Shown in pieces: positions 19,326 to 29,179 of a stretch of DNA of 64,000 nt (its first letter is position 1; each line of letters starts with the position of its first letter). Both the position numbers and the translations under genes were made by a program. The notes below the pieces were generated by a model. That model was not told where the DNA came from. It made no database searches and saw only the letters and a list, made by a program, of their open reading frames with translations. The stretch is from Alcanivorax sp. Lineage in GTDB: Bacteria; Pseudomonadota; Gammaproteobacteria; Pseudomonadales; Alcanivoracaceae. Location of the stretch: the NCBI RefSeq assembly GCF_014762765.1, contig NZ_JABURH010000100.1, positions 454-64,453 on the forward strand, read 5' to 3'.

Positions 19326-19395
19326 CGAGGTACGAGTAGTGAGTAACGAAAACAAGCTTTTTGCTCTTCGCTACTCGTCACTCGTGTCTCGAAAC
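19326..19395. repeat. CGAG 7-nt-period palindromic element, copy 1
   Basis: Left arm CGAGGTA CGAGTAG TGAGTAA CGAAAAC; right arm TTCGCTA CTCGTCA CTCGTGT CTCGAAAC. Confidence 0.75.
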
Positions 19396-19403
19396 TGGAT
19401 CAC

Positions 19404-20354
19404 TCAGGACGGCTTGCGGGGGTTCTGGCCGCGATGCTGGCGGCCACGGGCGCGGGCCAGCTCGATCTGCTTCTGGCGTTCGGCAAAACGCGCCTTCTGT
19501 TCCGGCGACGATTCGTCGTAGCACTTGGGGCAGGACACGCCCAGCTGGAATTTTTCCGATGCCTTTTCCTCATCGCTGATGGGCCGACGACAGGCGTGGC
19601 ACTGGTCAAACTCACCAGGGTTGAGATCGTGGTCAACGGTCACCCGTTCGTCGAAGACAAAACATTCGCCTTCCCACAGGGAGTCTTCCCTGGGCATTTC
19701 CTCCAGGTATTTGAGGATGCCGCCCTTCAGGTGATAGACCTCTTCAAAGCCCTGCTCTTTCAGGTAAGCGGTGGATTTTTCACAACGAATCCCGCCGGTG
19801 CAGAACATTGCCACTTTCTTGTGTTTGGCCGGGTCCAGAGTGTCCTTCACATAATCGGGGAATTCCCGGAAGGTGCGGGTTTCCGGATTGATGGCGCCCT
19901 TGAAGGTGCCCACTTCCACTTCGTAATCGTTCCGAGTGTCGATCAGGATGGTTTCCGGATCGCTGATCACCGCGTTCCATTCTTCCGGGCTCAGGTAGGT
20001 CCCCACGGTGCGGTTCGGGTCGATCCCCTCCACGCCCATGGTGACGATTTCCTTCTTGAGCTTGACCTTGGTGCGCAGGAAGGGATGCTCGTCGTGGAAG
20101 GACTCCTTGTGCTCCAGATCTGCCAGACGCGGATCCTCATGGAGCCAGCCAAGCACCGCATCGATGCCGGCCCGGGGCCCGGCGATGGTGCCATTGATCC
20201 CCTCATTGGCCAGTAACAGGGTGCCACGCACATTCTGCGCAAGCATCAGCGCCAGCAGTGGCTCTCGCAACTGCTCGAAATCGTCCAGACGGACAAACTT
20301 GTACAGGGCAGCAACGACAATGCTGTCCGATCTTTCCACTTTATGCTGACTCAC
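19404..20354 (-). CDS. trhO: rhodanese-related tRNA uridine(34) hydroxylase (YceA/TrhO)
   Basis: [19 protein letters not shown] and [18 protein letters not shown] start overlaps the bolA stop. Confidence 0.92.
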   Translation of the reverse strand: MSQHKVERSDSIVVAALYKFVRLDDFEQLREPLLALMLAQNVRGTLLLANEGINGTIAGPRAGIDAVLGWLHEDPRLADLEHKESFHDEHPFLRTKVKLKKEIVTMGVEGIDPNRTVGTYLSPEEWNAVISDPETILIDTRNDYEVEVGTFKGAINPETRTFREFPDYVKDTLDPAKHKKVAMFCTGGIRCEKSTAYLKEQGFEEVYHLKGGILKYLEEMPREDSLWEGECFVFDERVTVDHDLNPGEFDQCHACRRPISDEEKASEKFQLGVSCPKCYDESSPEQKARFAERQKQIELARARGRQHRGQNPRKPS

Positions 20355-20683
20355 GCCTTGAACTCCGGATCGTGCTTGCTGCCACCAAGACAGTCAGGGG
20401 ATGCACTGACTTCACCGCCCTTGGCCTGCCACTCCGACACAGTATAGGTGTGCAACGCCAACGCATGCACAGGCCCCGCAAGCTCGTCGGCCAGTACCTT
20501 GTAGAGCATCTGGTGACGACGCACTGGCAGCATGCCGTCAAAGGCATCACTCACCAGCACCAGCTTGAAGTGCGTTTCCGAATTGGGCGGCACACTGTGC
20601 TTATGGCTTTCGTTTTCCAAGACAAAATGTGCCACAGGGACGGACTCGGAAACCTTGCGCTCGATCAATGTTGCTACGCTCAT
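20351..20683 (-). CDS. bolA: BolA family protein
   Basis: [17 protein letters not shown] and [10 protein letters not shown]. Confidence 0.9.
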   Translation of the reverse strand: MSVATLIERKVSESVPVAHFVLENESHKHSVPPNSETHFKLVLVSDAFDGMLPVRRHQMLYKVLADELAGPVHALALHTYTVSEWQAKGGEVSASPDCLGGSKHDPEFKA

Positions 20684-20808
20684 GGCACTCACCACACGGG
20701 AATTTTGCAGATCAAAATCAGTATAACGCGGCGCTGAAGCCGCGCGGGGGCGGTATTCTACGCGCTTTCGACGACCCTGAGAAATGTCCGGCAGTCAGAC
20801 ACTATCGC

Positions 20809-22332
20809 TCACTGCGGGACTGGAATGATCGGTTCCCAGAGGGCCTCGGCAGCCTCATCGAGTAAACTTGCCATCTCCTCTCCCGGCCCTAGCTGGCGCA
20901 CCTGACGCTGCGCGGACCAGCACTGCCAGCCCGGACCATCGCCGTGGGCAAACGCCCCCCAGACAGCCTGCACCTTACGGGACAAGGCCCTGGCGGCATC
21001 ACCACCGCCAGTAAAGTACATTCCCGCCGGAGTATCGGTGACACCAAAGACAAAGGGCACATCTACCACATGGCAGGCTCCCAGCGGCAGGCCGAAGGGC
21101 TCGCTCTGCCAGGTAAACTGGAATCCCCAGCAATCCGTGCTATGGCGACTCTGGGCATCCAGCAGACGGACTGTGGGCACCCGGAACAGACGATCGGATT
21201 CCATGGCCGAAAACACATCCAGCGGGCTGCGACGGGGATCCGGCTTGACCGTGGTGCGGTAATAATCGAACGCCCGGGCACCATTGCCCGGCAGCCCCCG
21301 TTCAAAGCGGCGCAGGATTTCCTGATCATCCACGTCCCGCAGGGATGCCATTTTTACTGTTCCGGCCAACACCCCGGCGTACTGGAAAAAGTGATATTCA
21401 TCCTGGCAGACCCCGGCCAGCAGTCGCTTGTCCGCGGCAGCGCCAGCGGCAATGGCTTCAATCGGTAGCTGTGGCAACAGATCACCATCCACCATGGGTA
21501 GAAAATTCATCGCAAACTGTGGTGTTGTCGTGCGCAGGCCGCGCTCAACCAGCACTTTTACCGCCTGATTCTGGGCCTTGATCCAGTCTTTGTCGGAGCA
21601 GTCGCGCAGCCTCTCTGCGGCACTGCCATCACCGGGCAGAGCGGCCACAAAGGCATCGGTGACCTTGCGGACCTGTTCCGGAGCCAGAACAAAATCTGCC
21701 GCACCGGACTGCACGATGGCAGCATGGAACAGTGAGGCCGCCCGCGGACATGCCAACAGAGCACAGACGCTGAAGCCACCGGCGGATTCTCCGAATACGG
21801 TGACCCGGCCGGCATCACCGGCAAAACCGCTGATGTTTTCCTGCACCCACTCCAGAGCCGCCAGTTGATCTCGCAGCCCAAGATTGCTGTCGGCTTCAAG
21901 TTCCGGCGCCACCTCCGAGAAATCGGCAAAGCCCATGGCCCCCAGTCGATAGGCCGCATTCACCACCACCACCTGCTGGCTACGGGCCAGTTCCGCACCG
22001 TTATACAGCGGCTGGGAAATGGAGCCGGCCAAGTAGGCACCACCATGGAACCAGACCATCACCGGAAAGGGCCCTTCCCCCTCCGGCACCCAGATATTCA
22101 GGTACAAGCAATCTTCACTGGACTCGTTAACTCCCATCAACGGGTTCTTCATCTGCAGGGAGGGTTGGGGATAGTGGTCGGCTGCCACTGCATTATCACC
22201 CTCCGGCAACGGTCGGGGGGCCTTGAAGCGATGCTCGCCCAGCGGCGGCAAAGCATACGGGATGCCTCTGTATTCGGTGACACCGTTACCGGTCAGTCCC
22301 TGATAGCGTCCCTGACGAATTACTGCTGACAT
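20809..22332 (-). CDS. carboxylesterase type B
   Basis: SEDCLYLNIW, WFHGGAY, nucleophile FGESAGG and GACHVVD. Confidence 0.92.
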   Translation of the reverse strand: MSAVIRQGRYQGLTGNGVTEYRGIPYALPPLGEHRFKAPRPLPEGDNAVAADHYPQPSLQMKNPLMGVNESSEDCLYLNIWVPEGEGPFPVMVWFHGGAYLAGSISQPLYNGAELARSQQVVVVNAAYRLGAMGFADFSEVAPELEADSNLGLRDQLAALEWVQENISGFAGDAGRVTVFGESAGGFSVCALLACPRAASLFHAAIVQSGAADFVLAPEQVRKVTDAFVAALPGDGSAAERLRDCSDKDWIKAQNQAVKVLVERGLRTTTPQFAMNFLPMVDGDLLPQLPIEAIAAGAAADKRLLAGVCQDEYHFFQYAGVLAGTVKMASLRDVDDQEILRRFERGLPGNGARAFDYYRTTVKPDPRRSPLDVFSAMESDRLFRVPTVRLLDAQSRHSTDCWGFQFTWQSEPFGLPLGACHVVDVPFVFGVTDTPAGMYFTGGGDAARALSRKVQAVWGAFAHGDGPGWQCWSAQRQVRQLGPGEEMASLLDEAAEALWEPIIPVPQ

Positions 22333-22608
22333 GGAGGGGTCCTTTTCTGATTTCTGTCCGACAGCCTTGCCCTGCCCAATGCGCTCTCACGCCGGGCAAT
22401 CACCGTATAGATGCCACCATAGCCCACACCTAACAGGCTGGATGTAGACCTTAGCAAATTACCTACTGATGAGTAGGCCAAACCTAATGTTTAATTGTTA
22501 GACAACATTAACAACACTGTCAGAATCCTGACTTACACTTGTTCACGCCCTCGCAGCCACCGCCAGAGGGCTTTGCTAATCCATTTTTTCTACGGAGGGA
22601 AGCCCCCT

Positions 22609-22962
22609 ATGAGCAACGCTACGATCGAGCAACTCAACGAGCGCTATGAACAAGTCACCACTGAAGCCAAAGCGGCCTTGGAAAAACTGAACACTGCCGT
22701 GCGTGGTGCCTACACCCGTCTGGAAGAAAACGGCAACGAGCTGTTCCAGACTCTGGTGAAAACTGGCGAGAAGCGCCAGAAAGCCCAGACCAAACCCCAG
22801 AAAAAAACCGCTGCCAAGAAGCAGCCGTCCCAGCTGGACGAAGTGCGTGGCAAGGTTGCTTCCGCTCTGGGTCTGCCTACCCGCGACGAGGTAGAAGCCC
22901 TGAACAAGAAGCTGGCCTCACTGACCCGCAAGGTCAACAAGCTGGCCAAAGAAACGAAGTAA
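22609..22962 (+). CDS. phasin/PHA granule-associated-like protein
   Basis: LFQTLVKTGE and ALGLPTRDEVEALNKKLASL (PhaI/PhaF-like). SD GGAGG. Confidence 0.7.
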   Translation: MSNATIEQLNERYEQVTTEAKAALEKLNTAVRGAYTRLEENGNELFQTLVKTGEKRQKAQTKPQKKTAAKKQPSQLDEVRGKVASALGLPTRDEVEALNKKLASLTRKVNKLAKETK

Positions 22963-23093
22963 TCGTTCTTTAACCAGCCCGGGGCGGCGCCGCCGCCCCT
23001 GCTCCCCGCGCTTTGTCTCACCTGAACCGTTGACTTCCCCGCTCGCCTCTCGTTATCTAGTCCTCTCTATAGATAACAAAAACCACGCGAGCC

Positions 23094-24149
23094 ATGATGT
23101 CCGCCAGCCTGTCTTCTTCACTGAAATTACGAACCGTCGCCCCCTTCTGGCTGGAATTCCTGCTGGACGCCGCCCTGCGTGCCGGCGTTGATCTGAGTGC
23201 CGCCCTGGTGGATCTGGGTATCAGCAACGATGATCTGGAAAATCCCCAGTCCCGCATTCCCATGACGGTGGAAAACCAGCTGCTCAAACAGGCTATGCTG
23301 GAAAGTGGTGATCCGCTTTTCGGTCTGCACATGGGCGAAGGGATCCGCCCGCGGTTCATGGGCGAGCTTGGCTATGCCAGCATGTCCAGCGCTACCCTGG
23401 GGGATGCCATCGAGCTGATGATTCCCTTCACCAAAGTCACCAGTGAATGCGCCCAGTTACGCTTCGAATGGCGCGACAAGTCCCTGTGGCTGATCTGGGA
23501 AAGCGACCTGGAAGCGCTGCCCACTTACCCGGCCCGTATTGATGCCAACTTCGCCGGGGCCATCGTTTACGGTCGCTGGTTAATCGGCAAGGAGATGTCG
23601 CCCACCCAGGTACTGTTTCGCCACCCGCCCCAGGGAGATAAGCAGGAATATCAGCGGATCTTCCGTTGTGAGATAGCCTTCGAACAGCCCCTGAATGCCA
23701 TCGTACTGGACGCCGGTTTGCTGGACCTGCCCCTGCGTGATGCGGATCCGGAAATGCACAAGGTGGCACGTTCTCGCATGCAGCGGGCGGTCACCCAGTA
23801 CCACGCCCGCGACAATCTGCTGGAACAGGTGCGCCTGGAGATCCAGAAACGCCTGCAGCAGGGTGTACCGCAACTGGAACCTATCGCCGACCAATTGGGT
23901 ATCAAGCCCTGGACCTTGCGCCGCCAATTACGTGCAGAGAACACGGATTTTTCCAGCCTGCTGGAAGATGAACGTCGCCGCCTGGCCTGTGACTGGTTAT
24001 TGCACAGCGACCGCTCGGTAAACCAGATCGCTCTGGATTTGGGCTATTCGGAACAAAGCGCCTTCAACCGGGCCTTCAAACGCTGGTTCGGCGTCACCCC
24101 GGTGCACTACCGGGAACAACAAGGTAGCGCTTTATCTCCCGACGATTGA
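23094..24149 (+). CDS. AraC family transcriptional regulator
   Basis: N-terminal ligand domain and C-terminal HTH (IALDLGYSEQSAFNRAFKRWFGVTP). Confidence 0.92.
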   Translation: MMSASLSSSLKLRTVAPFWLEFLLDAALRAGVDLSAALVDLGISNDDLENPQSRIPMTVENQLLKQAMLESGDPLFGLHMGEGIRPRFMGELGYASMSSATLGDAIELMIPFTKVTSECAQLRFEWRDKSLWLIWESDLEALPTYPARIDANFAGAIVYGRWLIGKEMSPTQVLFRHPPQGDKQEYQRIFRCEIAFEQPLNAIVLDAGLLDLPLRDADPEMHKVARSRMQRAVTQYHARDNLLEQVRLEIQKRLQQGVPQLEPIADQLGIKPWTLRRQLRAENTDFSSLLEDERRRLACDWLLHSDRSVNQIALDLGYSEQSAFNRAFKRWFGVTPVHYREQQGSALSPDD

Positions 24150-25217
24150 CGCGCCGCGCCAGCGGCGCTTGCATTGCCCCAGGGTAAGCCCCCGGGCAAA
24201 CCCGTCCACCAGGGTCTCCCCCAGATTGCGCTGCAAAATGCGGGTGGACAGCGGCATTAACGGGTAAAAGAGTCGCGCCAGCTGCTCCACAGTCGCCATC
24301 TCTTCGCGCCAGCCCGCCAGCCACTGGGGATAGCTCGCCAGTTGCCCGGCCAGAATCGCCTGGGCGGCCAGCTGGCCGCTGAGAACAGCACCATAAATCC
24401 CCTCTCCCAGCAACGCTTCGGTGCAACCGGCCGCATCACCGGCAAACAGAATTCTCCCCTGGCACAGACGAGCATGAGGCAGCCAGGTGCCCAGCGGGTA
24501 ACCCTGTACCCCCAAGGGGCTGGCACCCAGCTGTTGCCGACTGTAGCGGTCGAGCTGCTCACGGCTCGGCGAAGCAATACCCTGACGCCACACGTAAAGC
24601 CCTACGTTGACATGATCCCCCTTGGGAAACAGCCAGCCATACCCTCCTTTGATGGCCGCAAAATCCAGTGTCATCCCAGGGTATCGGGAGAGCTGATCCC
24701 GAGGCACACATCCCTCGATGGCCACAGCGCCGGCATAACGGCGCTCCCCCAACAGCTTGCGCACCGGACTGTGGGCGCCATCGGCAGCAATCAGTGCGCT
24801 GGCCTGGAAGCAGTCGCCCTCGCGGGTGGTCAGGGTGACAGAGCTGCCATTCTGATGCAGGGACTGAATCCCACGGGTTTCGGCAAAGTGGGCTCCCTGT
24901 TCCTGGGCCTGTTGACGGCAGAACGCATCAAGTTCAGCACGTTCAGTCATCACACAGAAGGGGCTCGCCGCATGCAAAGCCTGGCTATCAGAAGGAAAGC
25001 GACCAACCCACAGTGTGGACACCACTTCACGAACAACCGGGGCAATGGAAAATCGGTAGCGATTCAGGGCCTTCGCCGTCACCCCACCAGCGCAGGGTTT
25101 ACCCTGTTCGGCAGGCCGTGACAGGACCAGCACACGCTGCCCCGCCGCTGCCAGGTCCCAGGCGGCAGCACAGCCGGCCTGAGCGGCGCCAATCACAACC
25201 ACATCCCATTTCGTCAT
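24132..25217 (-). CDS. geranylgeranyl reductase family FAD-dependent oxidoreductase
   Basis: KPCAGG, LIAADGAHS, YGWLFPKG and FAGDAAG...GEGI. Confidence 0.85.
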   Translation of the reverse strand: MTKWDVVVIGAAQAGCAAAWDLAAAGQRVLVLSRPAEQGKPCAGGVTAKALNRYRFSIAPVVREVVSTLWVGRFPSDSQALHAASPFCVMTERAELDAFCRQQAQEQGAHFAETRGIQSLHQNGSSVTLTTREGDCFQASALIAADGAHSPVRKLLGERRYAGAVAIEGCVPRDQLSRYPGMTLDFAAIKGGYGWLFPKGDHVNVGLYVWRQGIASPSREQLDRYSRQQLGASPLGVQGYPLGTWLPHARLCQGRILFAGDAAGCTEALLGEGIYGAVLSGQLAAQAILAGQLASYPQWLAGWREEMATVEQLARLFYPLMPLSTRILQRNLGETLVDGFARGLTLGQCKRRWRGASIVGR

Positions 25218-25404
25218 TCATTGCCTCGTGTCAAATCAGCCCGCTCCGGGATAGCACCCCGGTCCAAGTATGAATAGGCCTGTGCTTCCTTTATAATGCG
25301 CCCCGTCCGGGACCCCTGACCCATGGCGGAATTCGCCATTGCTCAGTGGCTCCCCTGGTTTCAGCCCCCATAAGTTCTCCCGAATTCAAGCTAGGAGATT
25401 GTTA

Positions 25405-26385
25405 ATGAAAGCACCCGTACGCGTAGCCGTTACCGGCGCCGCTGGCCAAATCAGCTATTCCCTGCTGTTCCGTATCGCCTCCGGCGACATGCTCGGCAAA
25501 GACCAGCCCGTTATCCTGCAACTGCTGGAAATCACCCCGGCCATGGAAGCCCTGAAGGGCGTTATCATGGAACTGGAAGATGGTGCTTTCCCGCTGGTCG
25601 CCGGCATTGTTGGCACCGACGATGCCAACGTGGCCTTCAAGGACGCCAACTACGCCCTGCTGGTTGGTGCTCGTCCGCGTGGTCCGGGCATGGAGCGTAA
25701 AGATCTGCTGGAAGCCAATGCAGCAATCTTCTCTGCCCAGGGCAAAGCCATCAACGACAACGCCAGCAAGGACATCAAGGTCCTGGTTGTCGGCAACCCG
25801 GCCAATACCAATGCCCTGATCGCCCAGCGCAATGCGCCGGACATCGACCCCCGTCAGTTTACTGCCATGACCCGCCTGGACCACAACCGTGGCATGGCGC
25901 AGCTGGCCAACAAACTGGGCAAGACGGTCAACGACATCACCAAGATGACCATCTGGGGCAACCATTCCTCTACCCAGTACCCGGACCTGCATCACTGCGA
26001 AGTGGACGGCAAGGTCGCCATCGACCAGGTTGAGCAAGACTGGTACGAAGGCACCTACATCCCGGAAGTACAGCAGCGCGGTGCCGCCATCATCAAGGCT
26101 CGTGGTGCGTCTTCTGCCGCTTCCGCCGCTTCTGCCGCTGTTGACCACATGCGTTCCTGGGCCCTCGGCACTGCCGACGGTGACTGGGTATCCATGGGCA
26201 TCTACAGCGACGGCTCCTACGGCATCCAGGAAGGCCTGATCTACTCCTTCCCCTGCACCTGCAAGGATGGCGACTGGAGCATCGTTCAGGGTCTGGAAGT
26301 GAACGATTTCTCCCGTGGCAAGATGGAAGCCACCGAGAAGGAACTGGCGGAAGAACGTGACGCCGTTTCCCACCTGCTGCCGTAA
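25405..26385 (+). CDS. mdh: malate dehydrogenase (type 2)
   Basis: [27 protein letters not shown] and TRLDHNR. Confidence 0.97.
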   Translation: MKAPVRVAVTGAAGQISYSLLFRIASGDMLGKDQPVILQLLEITPAMEALKGVIMELEDGAFPLVAGIVGTDDANVAFKDANYALLVGARPRGPGMERKDLLEANAAIFSAQGKAINDNASKDIKVLVVGNPANTNALIAQRNAPDIDPRQFTAMTRLDHNRGMAQLANKLGKTVNDITKMTIWGNHSSTQYPDLHHCEVDGKVAIDQVEQDWYEGTYIPEVQQRGAAIIKARGASSAASAASAAVDHMRSWALGTADGDWVSMGIYSDGSYGIQEGLIYSFPCTCKDGDWSIVQGLEVNDFSRGKMEATEKELAEERDAVSHLLP

Positions 26386-26400
26386 GGTTTCGCAGGCATG

Positions 26401-26430
26401 AAAAAGGGGCTCTTCGGAGCCCCTTTTTTT
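26401..26430. terminator. bidirectional intrinsic terminator
   Basis: AAAAAGGGGCTC-TTCG-GAGCCCCTTTTTTT. Confidence 0.9.
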
Positions 26431-26453
26431 ATGGCCGGATAACGCAGATTTGC

Positions 26454-27041
26454 TCAGTAGTCGTAGTCATACTGCATTTCAGAAGCCGCCTGAGCCCGCT
26501 CCACATATTGATTGTAGGCCGGCACAGCCACTGCCATCAGCACACCGATATAACCTACGAACAGCACCGCAACCACAACAAAAGCCGCTATCACCCCACC
26601 GCTGTTTGCCACCGGCTTGGGTCCGAACTTGTTCGCCCCCTTGGTGCCAGGCATGAAGATCAACAACAACCCCATTATCAGGTTCACGATGGGAACCAGA
26701 AATAGCAACACAAACCAACCGCTGGCGTTGATGTCATTCAACCTTCGGATTGCATAGATCACCGTCATCACCAGGATAAACAGCATCACCACCATGGCCA
26801 GGAAACCCAGAAACATGGTGGCCCCGGAATTGGCAGAAGCGCTGTCAAAGCCACCCATAATCGCTGCCAGAATGCCACCCACGACAGCAATCGCCAGGTA
26901 GGACAGCATGGTCAAACCAAAGGCATAGACTACATAACGCATACGACCGATACGGCCCGATGCTGCCAGGAACTTTGGCTGATAACTTTCGTCAACATTT
27001 GCGGACAGCTCCGCCGATGGAGCCTGATAAGGCTGATTCAT
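26454..27041 (-). CDS. DUF805 membrane protein
   Basis: GRIGRMRY and IRRLNDINASGW. C-terminal tail resembles the pilin alpha-1 helix. Confidence 0.8.
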   Translation of the reverse strand: MNQPYQAPSAELSANVDESYQPKFLAASGRIGRMRYVVYAFGLTMLSYLAIAVVGGILAAIMGGFDSASANSGATMFLGFLAMVVMLFILVMTVIYAIRRLNDINASGWFVLLFLVPIVNLIMGLLLIFMPGTKGANKFGPKPVANSGGVIAAFVVVAVLFVGYIGVLMAVAVPAYNQYVERAQAASEMQYDYDY

Positions 27042-27072
27042 GGTTCCCCCCCTTGGGATCGCTGCCAATAAA

Positions 27073-27483
27073 TTACAGGGTGTGCCGGCGACTGAAATCA
27101 TCCATGGCGCGCAACAGATCACGGCGGCTGATTTGGCCCACCAGGCGACCACCTTCCAGCACCGGCAAGCGCCGGCGATGATCTGCCAGAAACACTTCCG
27201 CCACATCCAGAATGGAGGTTTCCCCAGTCACGGTCTGCAGGTCCACACTCATGTATTCCTTCACCGGCCCGATTTCCGTGCCATGGTAGCTGGCTTCCAG
27301 AGCGCCTTTCAGGCAGTCGGATTCAGAGAAGACACCCACCAGACGGCCGTTTTCATCAACCACAGGCGCACCGGAAATCTTGTGTTCCAGAAACACACGA
27401 ATGGCTTCGTTAACCGACATTTCCGGTGTGATAGTAATCAGGCGGCGGGTCATATAGTCCGCCACTTTAATGGACTTGAGCAT
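27073..27483 (-). CDS. CBS domain protein
   Basis: Tandem CBS repeats (ISGAPVVD, RRLPVL...GQISRRD). Confidence 0.88.
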   Translation of the reverse strand: MLKSIKVADYMTRRLITITPEMSVNEAIRVFLEHKISGAPVVDENGRLVGVFSESDCLKGALEASYHGTEIGPVKEYMSVDLQTVTGETSILDVAEVFLADHRRRLPVLEGGRLVGQISRRDLLRAMDDFSRRHTL

Positions 27484-27694
27484 AATGCCTTCCCTGTTAT
27501 TGGCGACCAACGGGCCGGGTTCCTCTGCCTGACGCTCACGTCATCGGCTGGCGCAACCAGCCTCCTTTATAGCAGAAAAAAGCTATAAGACCACTGCATT
27601 CCACTCCATATAAGCATAAGACGAACGGCTGTGGCCAAAGCAACTCCTATAAGAGTAATTTTGCAGGAAAAATATAAGCCTATGGGGATGCGCA

Positions 27695-27928
27695 ATGAAC
27701 CGAAGAAAAGAGGATCTAACAACCTGCACCAGGTTTCGTAGTGACCGCTTTTTCACCGAAGGCAGTCAGTGGTACTTCGCTACAAGGGAAAATACTGTCG
27801 AAGGCCCCTTTATCAGCCGCGAAGAAGCAGAAAATGGCCTGATGCTTTACCTGAGAGACATTCAGGCCAAAGAGAGCTTCGGCCTGAAACCGGCCAGGGC
27901 ACCCGGCAACCCGGTTATCCGTCAATAG
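27695..27928 (+). CDS. small protein, DUF6316-like
   Basis: 77 aa. RSDRFF...QWYFATRE...GPF motif. Confidence 0.65.
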   Translation: MNRRKEDLTTCTRFRSDRFFTEGSQWYFATRENTVEGPFISREEAENGLMLYLRDIQAKESFGLKPARAPGNPVIRQ

Positions 27929-27929
27929 A

Positions 27930-28412
27930 TTACAGTAAAGCCTTAGGGGCAGTAATAATGCCGTTGTTATCAGCGTAGACATATTCGCCGGATTTAAAGG
28001 TAACGCCACCGAAGGTCACATCAATATCGAGTTGGCCTTCGCCGCGGCGCACAGATTTGATCGGTACACAGCCCAGCGTGATAACGCCAAGATCCAGTTT
28101 GGCCAGTTCGTCCACATCCCGGCAGGCACCGTAGATGATCACCCCTTCCCAGCCATTCTTGACCGCGTTTTCGGCGATCATGTCGCCGATCAAGGCATTG
28201 CGGAGACTCCCACCACCGTCAACCACCAGCACCTTGCCCTTACCGTCGGTACCCAGGTGTTCCTTGACTCGACTGTTGTCCTCGAAACATTTCACCGTGA
28301 CAATTTCACCGCCAAAGGCACTGCGTCCGCCGTAGCTGAACCAGTTATAGCCGGTTACCACAGAAACACTGTCTGCGTTGTCGTCACACAGATCACAGGT
28401 CACAAAGGTCAT
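27930..28412 (-). CDS. rraA: RraA family protein
   Basis: [21 protein letters not shown] and GACRDVDE. Confidence 0.9.
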   Translation of the reverse strand: MTFVTCDLCDDNADSVSVVTGYNWFSYGGRSAFGGEIVTVKCFEDNSRVKEHLGTDGKGKVLVVDGGGSLRNALIGDMIAENAVKNGWEGVIIYGACRDVDELAKLDLGVITLGCVPIKSVRRGEGQLDIDVTFGGVTFKSGEYVYADNNGIITAPKALL

Positions 28413-28483
28413 ACTGACTCCTTAATACAGAGGCGAATACGTTATTGCGGACGAGACAGGCATCCCCACTCCATCCGTTTGCC

Positions 28484-29179
28484 CTACTCGCCTTTCGCTT
28501 CTCGTTGATTGCGGAACTTGCCGGCAAACACCAGAAAGTCCCGATAGCGTAATTTATAAAGGCCGGTCTGCGGCCCTTCCAGCGCCATGCCCACCATGGC
28601 ATCCGCCACTTTGTGGCTGTCCACTGGCAACCAGTGGGCATCGGTCCAGCGAGTCAGCGGCTCGATGACCCGATTGAAGATATTGCCCCAGTCTTCCGCC
28701 GGGCGCCGGTCTTCACGCTGGCCACGCAACAGGGATGGCTGCAGGATCGCCAATAATGGCAACTCCAGCTTGATCAGCGCTCTTTCCGCCTGCCCCTTTA
28801 CCCGGGAATAGAAAAACGGAGAGCGGGCGTTGGCATTGATCGCTGACACCACCAAAAAGCGCTGCACACCGGCACGCAGAGCCATTTGCCCGGCCAGCAC
28901 CACCAGATCATGATCCACATGGCGGAACGCCTGCCTGGACCCGGCCTTCTTCATGGTGGTACCCAGGCAACAGAACACATCATCCACCTGAAAATGTGGC
29001 TGATAGGCTTCCATGTCATCCAGGTCAACCACTTGCACATCCAGCTTGGGATGCTCCACGGAGAGGGGCCGCCGACACAGTACCCGCACCTGTTCATATT
29101 CGTCGCTTTCCAGCAGATTGGTGAGGCAATCGCTGCCCACCAGTCCTGTTGCCCCCAGCAGCAAGGCTTTTCTTGTCAT
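28484..29179 (-). CDS. NAD(P)H-binding protein (HTATIP2/YraR-like)
   Basis: LGATGLVG, FCCLGTT and YSRVKG. Confidence 0.85.
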   Translation of the reverse strand: MTRKALLLGATGLVGSDCLTNLLESDEYEQVRVLCRRPLSVEHPKLDVQVVDLDDMEAYQPHFQVDDVFCCLGTTMKKAGSRQAFRHVDHDLVVLAGQMALRAGVQRFLVVSAINANARSPFFYSRVKGQAERALIKLELPLLAILQPSLLRGQREDRRPAEDWGNIFNRVIEPLTRWTDAHWLPVDSHKVADAMVGMALEGPQTGLYKLRYRDFLVFAGKFRNQREAKGE

